Positions 17,974 to 27,308 of a stretch of 64,000 nt of DNA are shown in pieces. Origin of the DNA: a bacterium (lineage in GTDB: Bacteria > Actinomycetota > Acidimicrobiia > Spongiisociales > ZC4RG35); assembly GCA_024638655.1 (NCBI GenBank), contig JAHEJW010000008.1, positions 19,054-83,053 on the forward strand, in the 5' to 3' direction. Below the pieces are notes generated by a model. That model saw only the letters and a list, made by a program, of their open reading frames with translations. It had not been told where the DNA came from and did not search any database. Numbering within the stretch: position 1 is the stretch's first letter; each line of letters opens with the position of its first letter. A program made the translations under genes and the position numbers.

Positions 17974-19082
17974 GTCAGGATCTCGCCAAGTTGGCCCAAT
18001 ACCACCTCGAGCTCCTCGACCGTGTGGTCTCCCATGTGCCCGACCCGAACGGTCTCTTGTTTGAGCTTCCCGTAACCGCCACCCACCACGAACCCCTTAG
18101 AGCGCATCTCGGACACGACCTCGGGGGCGGCGACCCCCTCGGGCATCGAGATGCAGGTGACCGTGGGCGACCGACCCCCTTCCTCGGCGAAGACACCTAC
18201 GCCCACACCACCCGTTCGAAGCTCGTCGACCCATTCGAACGTTCGCCTCTGCATGGCGAGGTGGCGCTCCCAACGAGCTTTGATGCCCTCCTGGTGGATT
18301 CGCCTCAGCTGGAAGTCGGTGGCATAGAGCAGGGAGATTGCGGGCGTGGCCGGGGTCTGGTTGTCTCCGAGCTTCTCCACGAGCCTGACGAGATCGAAGT
18401 ACCACCCCCGGTCCTCGATAGTCTTTGCTCGCTCGAGCATTGACTCGGAGGCAACCGCGAATGCCAGACCGGGCGGGAGTGCCAACGCCTTCTGGGACCC
18501 GGTGAGAATGAAGTCGATCGCCCACTCATCCGTCCTCGTCTCGACCCCGCCGATCCCGGTCACAGAGTCGACCAATAGCAGCGTGTCCTTGTGACCGTTG
18601 ACCAGCCCGGCAATCGCTCGGAGGTCCTGGAGGGCGCCTGTCGAGGTCTCCGACTGGGACAGGGTCACGGCGTCGTAATGCTCCGCTTCGAGGCGCTGTG
18701 CGAGCTCGGAAGGTGGATGGGCACGTCCCCATTCGACCTCCCAGATCTCGACGTCGTGTCCGCAGTCTTGTGCGATCCGGGCGAAACGACCCGAAAAGGC
18801 CCCGTTGACCAGACTGAGCACCCGTCGCCCGTCCCGGACCCCGTTGCGAACCGCGGCCTCCATGAGACCCGTGGCCGAGGAGGTCGAGACGATGACGGGA
18901 TGCTCGGTCACGAACAAGGTCTGTAGCCCGGATTGGATGCTGGAAATGAGCTCCTCGATCGGAGCACCGCGATGACCGATCATGGGAGCCGCCTGTGCGG
19001 CGAGCACGTCCTCGTGTACCTCGGTCGGGCCCGGGAGGAAGAAGCCCCCCGGCTGGAGAGGAGTGCTCATAGCTCCAACCAC
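17970..19082 (-). CDS. class V PLP-dependent aminotransferase (phosphoserine or serine-glyoxylate aminotransferase type)
   Basis: Class V fold pattern with a SQK-type lysine region (TGSQKAL). 4-bp overlap with the serA-like gene suggests a serine-pathway pair. Confidence 0.65.
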   Translation of the reverse strand: MVGAMSTPLQPGGFFLPGPTEVHEDVLAAQAAPMIGHRGAPIEELISSIQSGLQTLFVTEHPVIVSTSSATGLMEAAVRNGVRDGRRVLSLVNGAFSGRFARIAQDCGHDVEIWEVEWGRAHPPSELAQRLEAEHYDAVTLSQSETSTGALQDLRAIAGLVNGHKDTLLLVDSVTGIGGVETRTDEWAIDFILTGSQKALALPPGLAFAVASESMLERAKTIEDRGWYFDLVRLVEKLGDNQTPATPAISLLYATDFQLRRIHQEGIKARWERHLAMQRRTFEWVDELRTGGVGVGVFAEEGGRSPTVTCISMPEGVAAPEVVSEMRSKGFVVGGGYGKLKQETVRVGHMGDHTVEELEVVLGQLGEILT

Positions 19083-19154
19083 CCGAGATTCGTCCGCAGG
19101 CAGGTGCCAATGGGCTGGATTCGCCCCAGATCCAAGAGTGATGACCTCAAAGGG

Positions 19155-19967
19155 CTAACGAGAGGTTGCCGGCATGGGGGAGTCGAGTTGTTCCCAGTTC
19201 CGCTCCTCGGAGGTCCAGCGAAACCAGATGAACGCGATGGTGACCCAGAGGATGAGACCGCCGCCGAGCTTCATGACTATCCCGGCGATGGTCTGATCCA
19301 CCACCGGGCTGAGACCCCAGGCCAACGAGGCGTCCCCATAGACCGGATAGATGGCGACGGAGGAGAAAGTCAGGAACGAGGCAGGGATCGTCGGAAGAAG
19401 TGACTGGAGAAACAGATAGAGCATCTGCATGGGCCGGCTCAGCTTTGCGATAGACGCCGTCGGGGAGAGAACCGGCATCCACATGAGGAAGGCGGTGCCG
19501 AAGAGGAATGTGTGGATTCCGAAATGGGCGAGGTCGTTGGTCAGCATCAGGGCGACGGCATCCGGCCAGTGGATCACGATGAAGGCGACGTTGAATAGGA
19601 CGAAGGCAGGGATCGCCCGGGATACCGGCCGCAACCATGGAGCCACCTTGGGATGACCCAAAGTGGCGTCGGCCAGCCAGCGGGGGAGACCCATCAGGAG
19701 GAGCGGGGGGACGATCAGGCCCAGGATCATGTGCTCGACCATGTGCATTGTGAACAGCGACTGCTCCCCGATGTCGTGGAGTGGCCAACCGGAGGCGATT
19801 CCGATCAGAGCTAGGCCGCCATACCATTGCCACCACTGCAGGCGAGTCGGGCCGGGAGAGCGCGGTGCGCTGAATCGCCGAATCCTGCTGTTGGCGTACC
19901 AGTAGCCGGCGCCCAGCACGAAAATCAGAAGATAGACATCGGGATGGGGGTGCCAAGCGGGGATCAT
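19155..19967 (-). CDS. ctaG: caa3-type cytochrome c oxidase assembly factor CtaG (COG3336 family)
   Basis: Polytopic membrane protein downstream of ctaCDEF, with His-rich helices (HMVEHMILG, HWPD, HFGIHTF). Confidence 0.55.
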   Translation of the reverse strand: MIPAWHPHPDVYLLIFVLGAGYWYANSRIRRFSAPRSPGPTRLQWWQWYGGLALIGIASGWPLHDIGEQSLFTMHMVEHMILGLIVPPLLLMGLPRWLADATLGHPKVAPWLRPVSRAIPAFVLFNVAFIVIHWPDAVALMLTNDLAHFGIHTFLFGTAFLMWMPVLSPTASIAKLSRPMQMLYLFLQSLLPTIPASFLTFSSVAIYPVYGDASLAWGLSPVVDQTIAGIVMKLGGGLILWVTIAFIWFRWTSEERNWEQLDSPMPATSR

Positions 19968-19977
19968 TGGTGCTCGA

Positions 19978-20289
19978 TCAGCCTCCCCGGATCACCACGA
20001 CGCCCAACGACGCCAACACAACCAGATACAGCGAGATGGCGAGGACGAAACCCGCGGTGAAGAAGCGGTTGAGCATCGGCTTCTCGAAACGGAGATGCAT
20101 ATACCAGCCCACGACGATGACGAACTTGAGCAGGGCGAGCGTGATCAGGATCAGGGCGTTGAGAGAGCCCAGTCCTAGCTCGCGATCGATGTAGAACATG
20201 GCCACCTCGATCGCGGTGAGCACCGCGAGGACGACGGCGATCTTCCAGTACTGAGCAGGCGTCGGGTGGGTGTGGTGCTCGGCACTCAT
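19978..20289 (-). CDS. ctaF: cytochrome c oxidase subunit IV (CtaF, Bacillus caa3 type)
   Basis: 103-aa, 3-TM protein (MSAEHHTHPTPAQYWKIAVVLAVL...). ATGA overlap with the ctaE stop. The upstream part of the six-frame ORF is spurious. Confidence 0.55.
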   Translation of the reverse strand: MSAEHHTHPTPAQYWKIAVVLAVLTAIEVAMFYIDRELGLGSLNALILITLALLKFVIVVGWYMHLRFEKPMLNRFFTAGFVLAISLYLVVLASLGVVVIRGG

Positions 20290-20912
20290 CCCGGCGGCAC
20301 CGACAGCAGATAGACCACCGTGAAGATGACGATCCAGATGATGTCGACGAAGTGCCAGTACAGACCGACCAGCTCGAGGTTCATCCCGTGGCGCTCCGAG
20401 AGGCTGCCCTGGCGGCGGGAGATACCCCACAGAGAAAGCAGCATGATCACACCGATGGCCACGTGAGTGCCGTGAAACCCGGTCAACACATAGAAAGCCG
20501 AGGCCGCAGGGTTGGTCGCGAGCGTCATGTCGTACTCGACGATGAACTCGGTGAACTCGAAAACCTGGCCAGCCAGGAACACCGATCCGAGCGCAGCCGT
20601 GGCAAACAGCCATGTGCGGGTCCCGTCCTGGTCTCCGCGGCTCAGTGCGTTGTGGGCCAGCACCATGGTCAACGAGCTCATCAGCAGGACGAAAGAGCTG
20701 ACCGACGTGAAAGGGATGTCATAGATCGCTGCGGGATATATGCCCTCGAAGCCGGCGCGATTGGAGTAGAGGAGGTAGTTGGTGATCAGGGCCCCGAAGA
20801 AAAGGAACTCCGAGCTGAGAAAGATCCACATCCCCAGCTTGCGATTGTCGATCCCGGTCGACTCGTGCTCCTCGTGATGGGCGACAGGAGCCTCGTGTGC
20901 GATGTCACTCAT
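20286..20912 (-). CDS. ctaE: cytochrome c oxidase subunit III
   Basis: Subunit III motifs (FLSSEFLFFGALI, TGFHGTHV, WHFVD). Start at the ATG 20912, immediately after the ctaD stop. Confidence 0.8.
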   Translation of the reverse strand: MSDIAHEAPVAHHEEHESTGIDNRKLGMWIFLSSEFLFFGALITNYLLYSNRAGFEGIYPAAIYDIPFTSVSSFVLLMSSLTMVLAHNALSRGDQDGTRTWLFATAALGSVFLAGQVFEFTEFIVEYDMTLATNPAASAFYVLTGFHGTHVAIGVIMLLSLWGISRRQGSLSERHGMNLELVGLYWHFVDIIWIVIFTVVYLLSVPPG

Positions 20913-22950
20913 CGTCGACCTCCACCAACTCCAGCTCCATATCCTCCTCGTCGGCGTCTTCGGCTTCGACCGGAGACTCTTCCTCGAGAGGTTCGATCCC
21001 CCAGCCAATCAAGGCCGAGAGGCTGATGACGGCTCCGATCAAGATGAGGGCCTTTCCCCACATCGTGGTGTGATAGATGATCCCGTAGAAGATGATCGGG
21101 ATCCCCACGGCCATTATCAGCGGGAAATAGGAGGGGCTGGGGAGGTGGATCGGGGCCGACGGGTTTCTGCCGTCGTACTCGAGGTGGGCAAGAATCTCGT
21201 CGGCATCGTCTTTGCGGACGGCACGGCCCTCTTCGTCTTCGTCGTACTTCATGTGCCAGAAGGCGTCGAGCCTGCTCACCACAGGCGCTGTGGCGAAGTT
21301 GTATTCGGGAGTCGGGTTCGGGGTGGTCCACTCGATGGTTCGGGCGTCCCAGGGGTCGATCCCAGAGTCTTGACCACGCCGGCGTGACGTGTACCAGTTG
21401 TACATGAACACGAGGATGGAGGCCGCAATCGTGAAAGCGCCGATGGTCACGACGACGTTCCACGGCTCCAGACCCACTTCCGCGGGGTACTTCCACGTCC
21501 GTCGGACCATCCCCTGGAGGCCCAGCCAATGCATCGGGGCGAAGGTCAGATTGAACCCGATGAACTGCAGCCAGAAGTGGGTCTTGCCCAGGGTGGGGTT
21601 CATCACCTTGCCGGTCAGCTTGGGGAACCAGTAGTAGAGCCCGGCGAAGAGCCCGAAGACGGCGCCGCCGAACAAGACATAGTGGAAGTGGGCAACGATG
21701 TAGTAGGTGTCGGTCTGCTGCCAATCGGAGGGGACGATCGAATGGGTGACCCCAGAGAGCCCGCCGATGGTGAACATGGCCACGAAGCCAACCGCGAACA
21801 GCATCGGGGTCGTCAGCCGAATCCGCCCTCCCCACATGGTCCCAAGCCAGTTGAAGATCTTGATCCCGGTCGGGATGGCGATGGTCATGGTCGCCAGGCC
21901 AAAGGCCGCCTGGGCCACCGGGGTGATTCCCGAGGCGAACATGTGGTGTGCCCAGACGCCAAACCCGAGAAAGGCGATGGCCGCCCCGGCGAACACGACT
22001 GCTGAGTATCCGAACAGCGGCTTGCGCGAGAAGACCGGCAGGACCTCAGAGACGATCCCCATCGCGGGAAGGATGAGGATGTATACCTCGGGATGTCCGA
22101 ACAGCCAGAAGAGGTGCTGCCACAGAATCGGATCTCCCCCACCCACCGGTGCAAAGAACAGCGTCCCAAATTGCCTGTCAAAAGTCACCATGAACAGTGC
22201 CACTGCGATGATCGGCAGTGAGAACAGCAGAAGGAAGGCGACCACCGTGGACATCCAGGCGAACACCGGCATCCGCAGGAGCCGCATCCCTTTGGCCCGC
22301 ATGTTGAAGACCGTGACGATGAAGTTCACCGACGAGATCAACGAGGCCAGCCCGAGGATCTGGAGGCCCAGAGCCCAGTAGTCCATCGCCGTCCCAGGTG
22401 AGTACAACGGGCCCGCGTTCGGCTGATAGCCGAACCAGCCGCCGTCGGGAGAGTCGGCCAAGAAGTGGAGTGTGCCCGGCCCACCCGCGGCAGCGAGATT
22501 CCCGGGGATTCCCTCGGGACTGATCGGGGCCAGAGAGGTCCCGAAGAAGAACGTGCTGTAGAGGAAGATCCCTCCAAAGAAGAAGATCCACCATGAGAGG
22601 GCATTGAGACGGGGGAAGGCGACGTCCCTCGCCCCGATCAGCAGCGGGAGAAGGTAGTTCATGAAGGCTGCCCCGACGGGCATGACGAAGAGGAAGACCA
22701 TCGTGGTGCCGTGCATCGTGAAGAGAGCGTTGTAGGCGCCGGCGGTGAGGAACTCGGCGTCTGCCTGGGCCAACTGGATTCGGAGCAGCAGCGCTTCGAT
22801 TCCACCCAGGATGAAGAAGAAGAAGGCGGCGTACCCGTACATGATGCCGATCTTCTTGTGGTCGACGGTGGTCAGCCACGACCAGATTCCGGTCGTTGCG
22901 GTCGGACGTTTGAAGATCGTCGCTTGGGGGCGCTCTGCCGTTGCTGTCAT
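20905..22950 (-). CDS. ctaD: cytochrome c oxidase subunit I with a ~110-aa C-terminal extension (2 extra TM helices plus an acidic tail)
   Basis: Canonical heme-copper oxidase subunit I motifs (GHPEVYILILP, WAHHMF, HFHYV, DPWDARTIEW). The start is set at the ATG 22950, which forms an ATGA overlap with ctaC. Confidence 0.9.
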   Translation of the reverse strand: MTATAERPQATIFKRPTATTGIWSWLTTVDHKKIGIMYGYAAFFFFILGGIEALLLRIQLAQADAEFLTAGAYNALFTMHGTTMVFLFVMPVGAAFMNYLLPLLIGARDVAFPRLNALSWWIFFFGGIFLYSTFFFGTSLAPISPEGIPGNLAAAGGPGTLHFLADSPDGGWFGYQPNAGPLYSPGTAMDYWALGLQILGLASLISSVNFIVTVFNMRAKGMRLLRMPVFAWMSTVVAFLLLFSLPIIAVALFMVTFDRQFGTLFFAPVGGGDPILWQHLFWLFGHPEVYILILPAMGIVSEVLPVFSRKPLFGYSAVVFAGAAIAFLGFGVWAHHMFASGITPVAQAAFGLATMTIAIPTGIKIFNWLGTMWGGRIRLTTPMLFAVGFVAMFTIGGLSGVTHSIVPSDWQQTDTYYIVAHFHYVLFGGAVFGLFAGLYYWFPKLTGKVMNPTLGKTHFWLQFIGFNLTFAPMHWLGLQGMVRRTWKYPAEVGLEPWNVVVTIGAFTIAASILVFMYNWYTSRRRGQDSGIDPWDARTIEWTTPNPTPEYNFATAPVVSRLDAFWHMKYDEDEEGRAVRKDDADEILAHLEYDGRNPSAPIHLPSPSYFPLIMAVGIPIIFYGIIYHTTMWGKALILIGAVISLSALIGWGIEPLEEESPVEAEDADEEDMELELVEVDDE

Positions 22951-24011
22951 TCGTTGCTCTCTAGCCACACAATCAAGTCGTTGATCTCCTGTTCCGTCAA
23001 GGCGAGGTTGGGCATGTAGCTACCCGGCTTGATGGCCGGCGGGTTGGCCAGCCAGTTCTTCAAGGCCTGCTGATAGGTTTGATCGCTGCCCGGCAAGACC
23101 GCCCCGGCGAACACTTCGCGCGAGGCGAAGTGGGTCAGCTCCGGGCCATTGAAAGCTTCATCCGGAATGATGATCGATGCGGTCTCGTCGTCGAACCTCA
23201 CGGTGTGACACTGGGTGCACGCCTTGTTGAGAAAGACCTGGTAGCCATCCCATTCCGGGGTTCCCTCAGCGGGCAGGGTCGTAGGCTCCTGCTGGGCCCC
23301 CACCCAATCCTCGAACTCGGAATCCTCCATCGCCACCACCCGGGCCCGCATCAGAGAGTGCGACAACCCGCAGAACTCGGCGCAGTGGCCCCAGTACTCA
23401 CCGGTTTCGCTGGCTTCGAGCGGCAGGATGGTGGTCTGTCCAGGCACGAGGTATCTCTTGCCATGGAGCGCCGGCACCCAGAAGTTGTGGAGGACGTCGT
23501 CGGACGTCATCTCGGCACACACGGGCTGGTCGACCGGTATGACCATGACATTCGCCGTTGAGATGTCCTCTTCCGGATAGTGGTACTCGAACCACCACTG
23601 ATGGCCGATCACTTCGACGACCATGGCGCCATCCTCGCACTCGGTGAGATCGAAAACCGCGGAGACGGTTGGCACTGCTATCGCCGCCAGGATGAGGGCA
23701 GGAATCACGGTCCAGATCACTTCGAGCTTGGGGCTCCCGTGAAGCTGCTTGGGCTCCTTGGCGTCCTCGCTCTTCTTGTCGCGGAAGACGAAGAGGATGA
23801 CGACGATTGCCCCCATGACCAGGACGAAGACGACCGTGGCGATCCAGAAGACCAGCCAGAAGAGGTCGTCGATACGCTCTGCCGCAGGGCTTTGGGGCTC
23901 AAACGTCGTCAGGGGCTGGTCTCCGGTTTCGAACAGCTGGCACGACGCGAGAAGCAGCGCAGTGCCAATCAATCCAGTTGTGCGAGTCAAATGCTGACGG
24001 AACCGAGCCAT
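22947..24011 (-). CDS. ctaC: cytochrome c oxidase subunit II with a fused C-terminal cytochrome c domain (caa3 type)
   Basis: CuA site HCAEFCGLSHSLM, heme c site CTQCH, and an N-terminal lipoprotein-like signal (LLLASC). An alternative upstream ATG is at 24053. Confidence 0.85.
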   Translation of the reverse strand: MARFRQHLTRTTGLIGTALLLASCQLFETGDQPLTTFEPQSPAAERIDDLFWLVFWIATVVFVLVMGAIVVILFVFRDKKSEDAKEPKQLHGSPKLEVIWTVIPALILAAIAVPTVSAVFDLTECEDGAMVVEVIGHQWWFEYHYPEEDISTANVMVIPVDQPVCAEMTSDDVLHNFWVPALHGKRYLVPGQTTILPLEASETGEYWGHCAEFCGLSHSLMRARVVAMEDSEFEDWVGAQQEPTTLPAEGTPEWDGYQVFLNKACTQCHTVRFDDETASIIIPDEAFNGPELTHFASREVFAGAVLPGSDQTYQQALKNWLANPPAIKPGSYMPNLALTEQEINDLIVWLESNE

Positions 24012-24072
24012 CGGGTCGGCATCATACGGAGTCTCCGAACGTGCGACCAACTTCATCACCTGAGCCGAGATC

Positions 24073-24876
24073 TCAAGGTGACACGGCCGCAAACGCCTCT
24101 TCCAGCTCGCTATCGAGTGCGACGCCCTGGAATGCGGCGGTGACGACCCCGTCCTGGTCGGTCACGAACACCCACGGTTCCGAGGGCAGCCCCCATTCGA
24201 CGACCGCAGGAACCGTGACCAGATCCTCGAATGAGGCCGCATCGATGTTCTCGTAGATCTCTACATGGACGTAGGTGAGAGCCGGAAATGCAGCGGAGAG
24301 CCTTTTGACCTGGTCGAGGAGGGGACCACAAGTCTGGGTGGTGCACCATGCGGGTGTTGCAAACACCAGGACCGACGGCCCGGACTCGACCGCCTCGGCC
24401 ACCGTCATCTCGTAGAAAGAAGGTTCGGGATCCGGGTCCGTCGTGATTTCGGCGATTTCATGGGTTTGCGTCGTCCTCGTCTCAGACAGTGGAGCCTGAT
24501 CGCCGGGCAACATCACCGTGGGGTCTTCGACGGCGATGAGACCGACCGGAGGGGGCTCTCCGATGGCATCGCCCTCGAGAGTGATCTGAAAGGTCCCCGG
24601 CCCGGGGATCTCCATGTCGAACTTGTAGAGGCCTCGGACGTCGGGGACCATCCAGACGAACTGGCCTTCGTATTCGCCGAGCGGAGTCCCGATCCGGTCC
24701 CGCAGGGTGGCGATGACCGCCGCATCCGGTGCGGCAAGGCTCTCCCGGGTCTGGATGTCCTCGACCGCAACAAGGACTCTCTGCTCCCCCACGCCAATGC
24801 TCCCCGGGCTCGAAGCCACGATGCCGAGAGCATTCACATCGCCACCGCAGGCGGCGAGGGCCAACAGGAGAGACAT
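24073..24876 (-). CDS. thioredoxin-fold lipoprotein with an atypical W-C-x4-C motif, between ctaB and ctaC
   Basis: Lipobox LLALAAC. The C-terminal region VLVFATPAWCTTQTCGP resembles TlpA/Sco-like redoxin active sites but has C-x4-C spacing. The six-frame ORF 24073..25650 is a composite. The real start is the ATG at 24876. Confidence 0.5.
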   Translation of the reverse strand: MSLLLALAACGGDVNALGIVASSPGSIGVGEQRVLVAVEDIQTRESLAAPDAAVIATLRDRIGTPLGEYEGQFVWMVPDVRGLYKFDMEIPGPGTFQITLEGDAIGEPPPVGLIAVEDPTVMLPGDQAPLSETRTTQTHEIAEITTDPDPEPSFYEMTVAEAVESGPSVLVFATPAWCTTQTCGPLLDQVKRLSAAFPALTYVHVEIYENIDAASFEDLVTVPAVVEWGLPSEPWVFVTDQDGVVTAAFQGVALDSELEEAFAAVSP

Positions 24877-24896
24877 TGCGATTACCAGGAGCTTTC

Positions 24897-25799
24897 TCAA
24901 ATCAGCACGTCCAGCATCACCGAGGCGAACAGTGCGGAGAGATAGATCGTGGACGTCGTGAACAGACGCATGGCGTCGGCCGGATGTCTGTGGACGCGCC
25001 ACGTGTCCCAGAGGAACCAGGCGCCGAGAGCCACTGCGGCGACCAGATACACCCAAGACATGCCACCGAGAGGCACGAGGAGGAGCGAAACGCCAACCAT
25101 CAAACCCGTGTACAGGAGCATCCGCCTCGTCGTGGCCTCGATCCCGGCGACGACCGGGAGCATGGGCACACCCGCTGCTTCGTAGTCCTCTTTGTAGCGG
25201 AGCGCCAGTGCCCAGAAGTGCGGCGGGGTCCAATAGAACACGATCATGAAGAGAACCCATGCTGGAACTGCCACCGTGCCCGAGACCGCAGCCCAACCGA
25301 CAAGGGTCGGGGCAGCGCCGGCCGCTCCCCCGATCACGATGTTCTGGGTCGTCTTCCGTTTCAGGGCGACCGTGTACACGAACACATAGAAGAGCAGGGC
25401 GGCGGTGGAGATCGCAGCGGCCAGGAGATTGGTCGTGATCCACAACCAGGCAAAGCCTGAGAGGCCCAAGGCCGTGCCAAACACAAGCGCCCGACGAGGC
25501 GGGACCTCGTGTCTGGCAAGGGGACGCTTCTTCGTTCGACGCATGATCTCGTCGATGTCGCGATCGAGATAGCTGTTCAGGGCGTTTGCCCCACCAGCAG
25601 ACAAGGTCCCACCGACGACGGTTGCGATCACCAACCAGGTGCCAGGCCAATCTCCGGCCGCCAGGACCATCGCCGGGATCGTGGTTATCAGGAGCAGCTC
25701 GATGATGCGTGGCTTGGTCAGAGCGACATAGGCGGCGATTCGTCCCCGCGCCGCGGCGGTCTCGATGAGGACTGGGCTTCCGACAGACTCAGTCGACAT
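24897..25799 (-). CDS. ctaB: protoheme IX farnesyltransferase (heme O synthase)
   Basis: UbiA-family motifs (NSYLDRDIDEIMRRT, YTVALKRKT) and a polytopic membrane profile. Confidence 0.85.
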   Translation of the reverse strand: MSTESVGSPVLIETAAARGRIAAYVALTKPRIIELLLITTIPAMVLAAGDWPGTWLVIATVVGGTLSAGGANALNSYLDRDIDEIMRRTKKRPLARHEVPPRRALVFGTALGLSGFAWLWITTNLLAAAISTAALLFYVFVYTVALKRKTTQNIVIGGAAGAAPTLVGWAAVSGTVAVPAWVLFMIVFYWTPPHFWALALRYKEDYEAAGVPMLPVVAGIEATTRRMLLYTGLMVGVSLLLVPLGGMSWVYLVAAVALGAWFLWDTWRVHRHPADAMRLFTTSTIYLSALFASVMLDVLI

Positions 25800-25944
25800 T
25801 CACTGCGTCCTTCTCGTCGGACTCTTCTGCTCGCTTCTTGGCTCGCTTCTCTGCCCAACGCAGAGCGACTATCGCAAGCATCGCCGGCACGACGAACACT
25901 CCTATCTCGTCGATCCCCCAGTAATGCGCAAAAACCCCCATCAT
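25789..25944 (-). CDS. possible 51-aa single-TM protein (MMGVFAHYWGIDEIGVFVVPAMLAIVALRW...) with a charged tail
   Basis: Its ATG overlaps the TGA of the upstream membrane-protein gene (ATGA). Its 3' end overlaps the ctaB start by about 11 bp. One TM helix. No homology recognised. Confidence 0.3.
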   Translation of the reverse strand: MMGVFAHYWGIDEIGVFVVPAMLAIVALRWAEKRAKKRAEESDEKDAVNVD

Positions 25945-27308
25945 CCCGAGAGGATCAGAAGTCCGAGTGTGGTCAATCCGACCATTAGTACGAGCATCGC
26001 GTATTGAGATCTGACTGCGGTGTCCCCGAAGTCCTCGAGGGCCCGGTCGTGGGCGAGGGCGACACCCAGCACATGCCCAATGACGATAGATGCCACTTGG
26101 ATGTACCACACCAGATCGGTGCTGGTGATGAAGAATTCGATACGACGGTCGGCGGTGCCGAAGAGGTCCCAGCCGAGGGCGAACGGATCGGACATCGCCG
26201 AGATGAGCTGCTGGCCTTCAAACAACACCAGCGTGAAGTAGTGCGCGAACGCGTAGGCGAGCGCAATAGGGACGAGTGTGTGGGCGAAGCGCCGGGCCAC
26301 TCGTAGGACCGGCCAATCGCCGCCACCGAGCCGAGAGGCAATCGCCGATGCCAGCAGATACCCGAGAGCCACCACCGCAACCGACGCGATCAGCAAGAAC
26401 GTTCGTCCACCTGAGCTGCTGGCCAGGCTCCCGGTCATCCGGCGAAACCAATCCGCACTCGAGGCCCCGTCGTAGGAGACGGTCCCGATCATCGCCACCA
26501 CGAAGACCCAAAGGCCGGGCCACTCGGGGATGACCGTGAGGGATCGCAGCCACCCCCGCCAAACGACCTTCCCGGCATCGGTACGGCCGAGAGGTGAGAT
26601 GGCGGAGATCAAACGGTTGTATGTGGTGAACGCATCGAAAGCCTGCAGACCATTGTCCCGGCCTCCATATGCCATAGCAGCGATCATCAGGAAGGTGTAG
26701 CCGAGTGCTGCGAACCCGAGAACCACGGGCTCTCCTGACTGAGGACTCACCAATTCGAGCCAGGTGAAAGCGACGAAGCCGACGGTGGCAGGCCAAACGC
26801 CAAGACGGTCGAGCACGGCCGGCCGCTCCTCGACGCGAAGCTGCCCACCCAGGGATCGCCACGGGTTCAAATCCGTGTACCAGTCGCCGACCAGGACCGC
26901 GAGGAAAGGGATGATGAGCCAAAACACGACCCACACCATGACCGGGGCGATGGTTGGGCGGGTCGGCTCCGTTTCGAGCCCGGCAACGGCAGGGACTATC
27001 TGACCGACGACCAAAGCCAACGAAATGACCCCGAGCGTCCCAAGGACAGGTCTCAACCAATGCCCCGCCCCGAACGGGGCCGAAGCGGAGTAGTCGGGCC
27101 CGCCTTGAAGCCGGGGCTTGGGCCACAAGACGGAGAGGGCGACAAAAGAAGCGACGAGAACCAGCCCCGCCCCCACGACGAACAGCTCCAGAGGCATCGG
27201 CAGATCCGTCCGACCACCGATCCCGTGTGCGCGAGCGACATCAGGGAGGCCGACCAAGAGCGCCAGCGCGACCCCAGCCAACGTCGTGGAGCGGACATGG
27301 TTGCGCAT
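25941..27308 (-). CDS. hypothetical polytopic membrane protein with a cleavable signal peptide; the predicted mature N-terminus begins with His (ARA|HGIGG)
   Basis: Signal peptide plus about 10 TM helices. Located upstream of ctaB in the cta cluster. Confidence 0.45.
   Translation of the reverse strand: MRNHVRSTTLAGVALALLVGLPDVARAHGIGGRTDLPMPLELFVVGAGLVLVASFVALSVLWPKPRLQGGPDYSASAPFGAGHWLRPVLGTLGVISLALVVGQIVPAVAGLETEPTRPTIAPVMVWVVFWLIIPFLAVLVGDWYTDLNPWRSLGGQLRVEERPAVLDRLGVWPATVGFVAFTWLELVSPQSGEPVVLGFAALGYTFLMIAAMAYGGRDNGLQAFDAFTTYNRLISAISPLGRTDAGKVVWRGWLRSLTVIPEWPGLWVFVVAMIGTVSYDGASSADWFRRMTGSLASSSGGRTFLLIASVAVVALGYLLASAIASRLGGGDWPVLRVARRFAHTLVPIALAYAFAHYFTLVLFEGQQLISAMSDPFALGWDLFGTADRRIEFFITSTDLVWYIQVASIVIGHVLGVALAHDRALEDFGDTAVRSQYAMLVLMVGLTTLGLLILSG

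Noticed and set aside
20905-21835. 308-aa ORF in an alternative frame of ctaD and ctaE
   Set aside because: Arg-rich low-complexity frame. ctaD is unambiguous in the listed frame.
24073-25650. 525-aa ORF overlapping ctaB
   Set aside because: Only the C-terminal 267 aa, from the lipoprotein signal peptide MSLLLALAAC, are plausible. The remainder is the antisense/alternative frame of ctaB.
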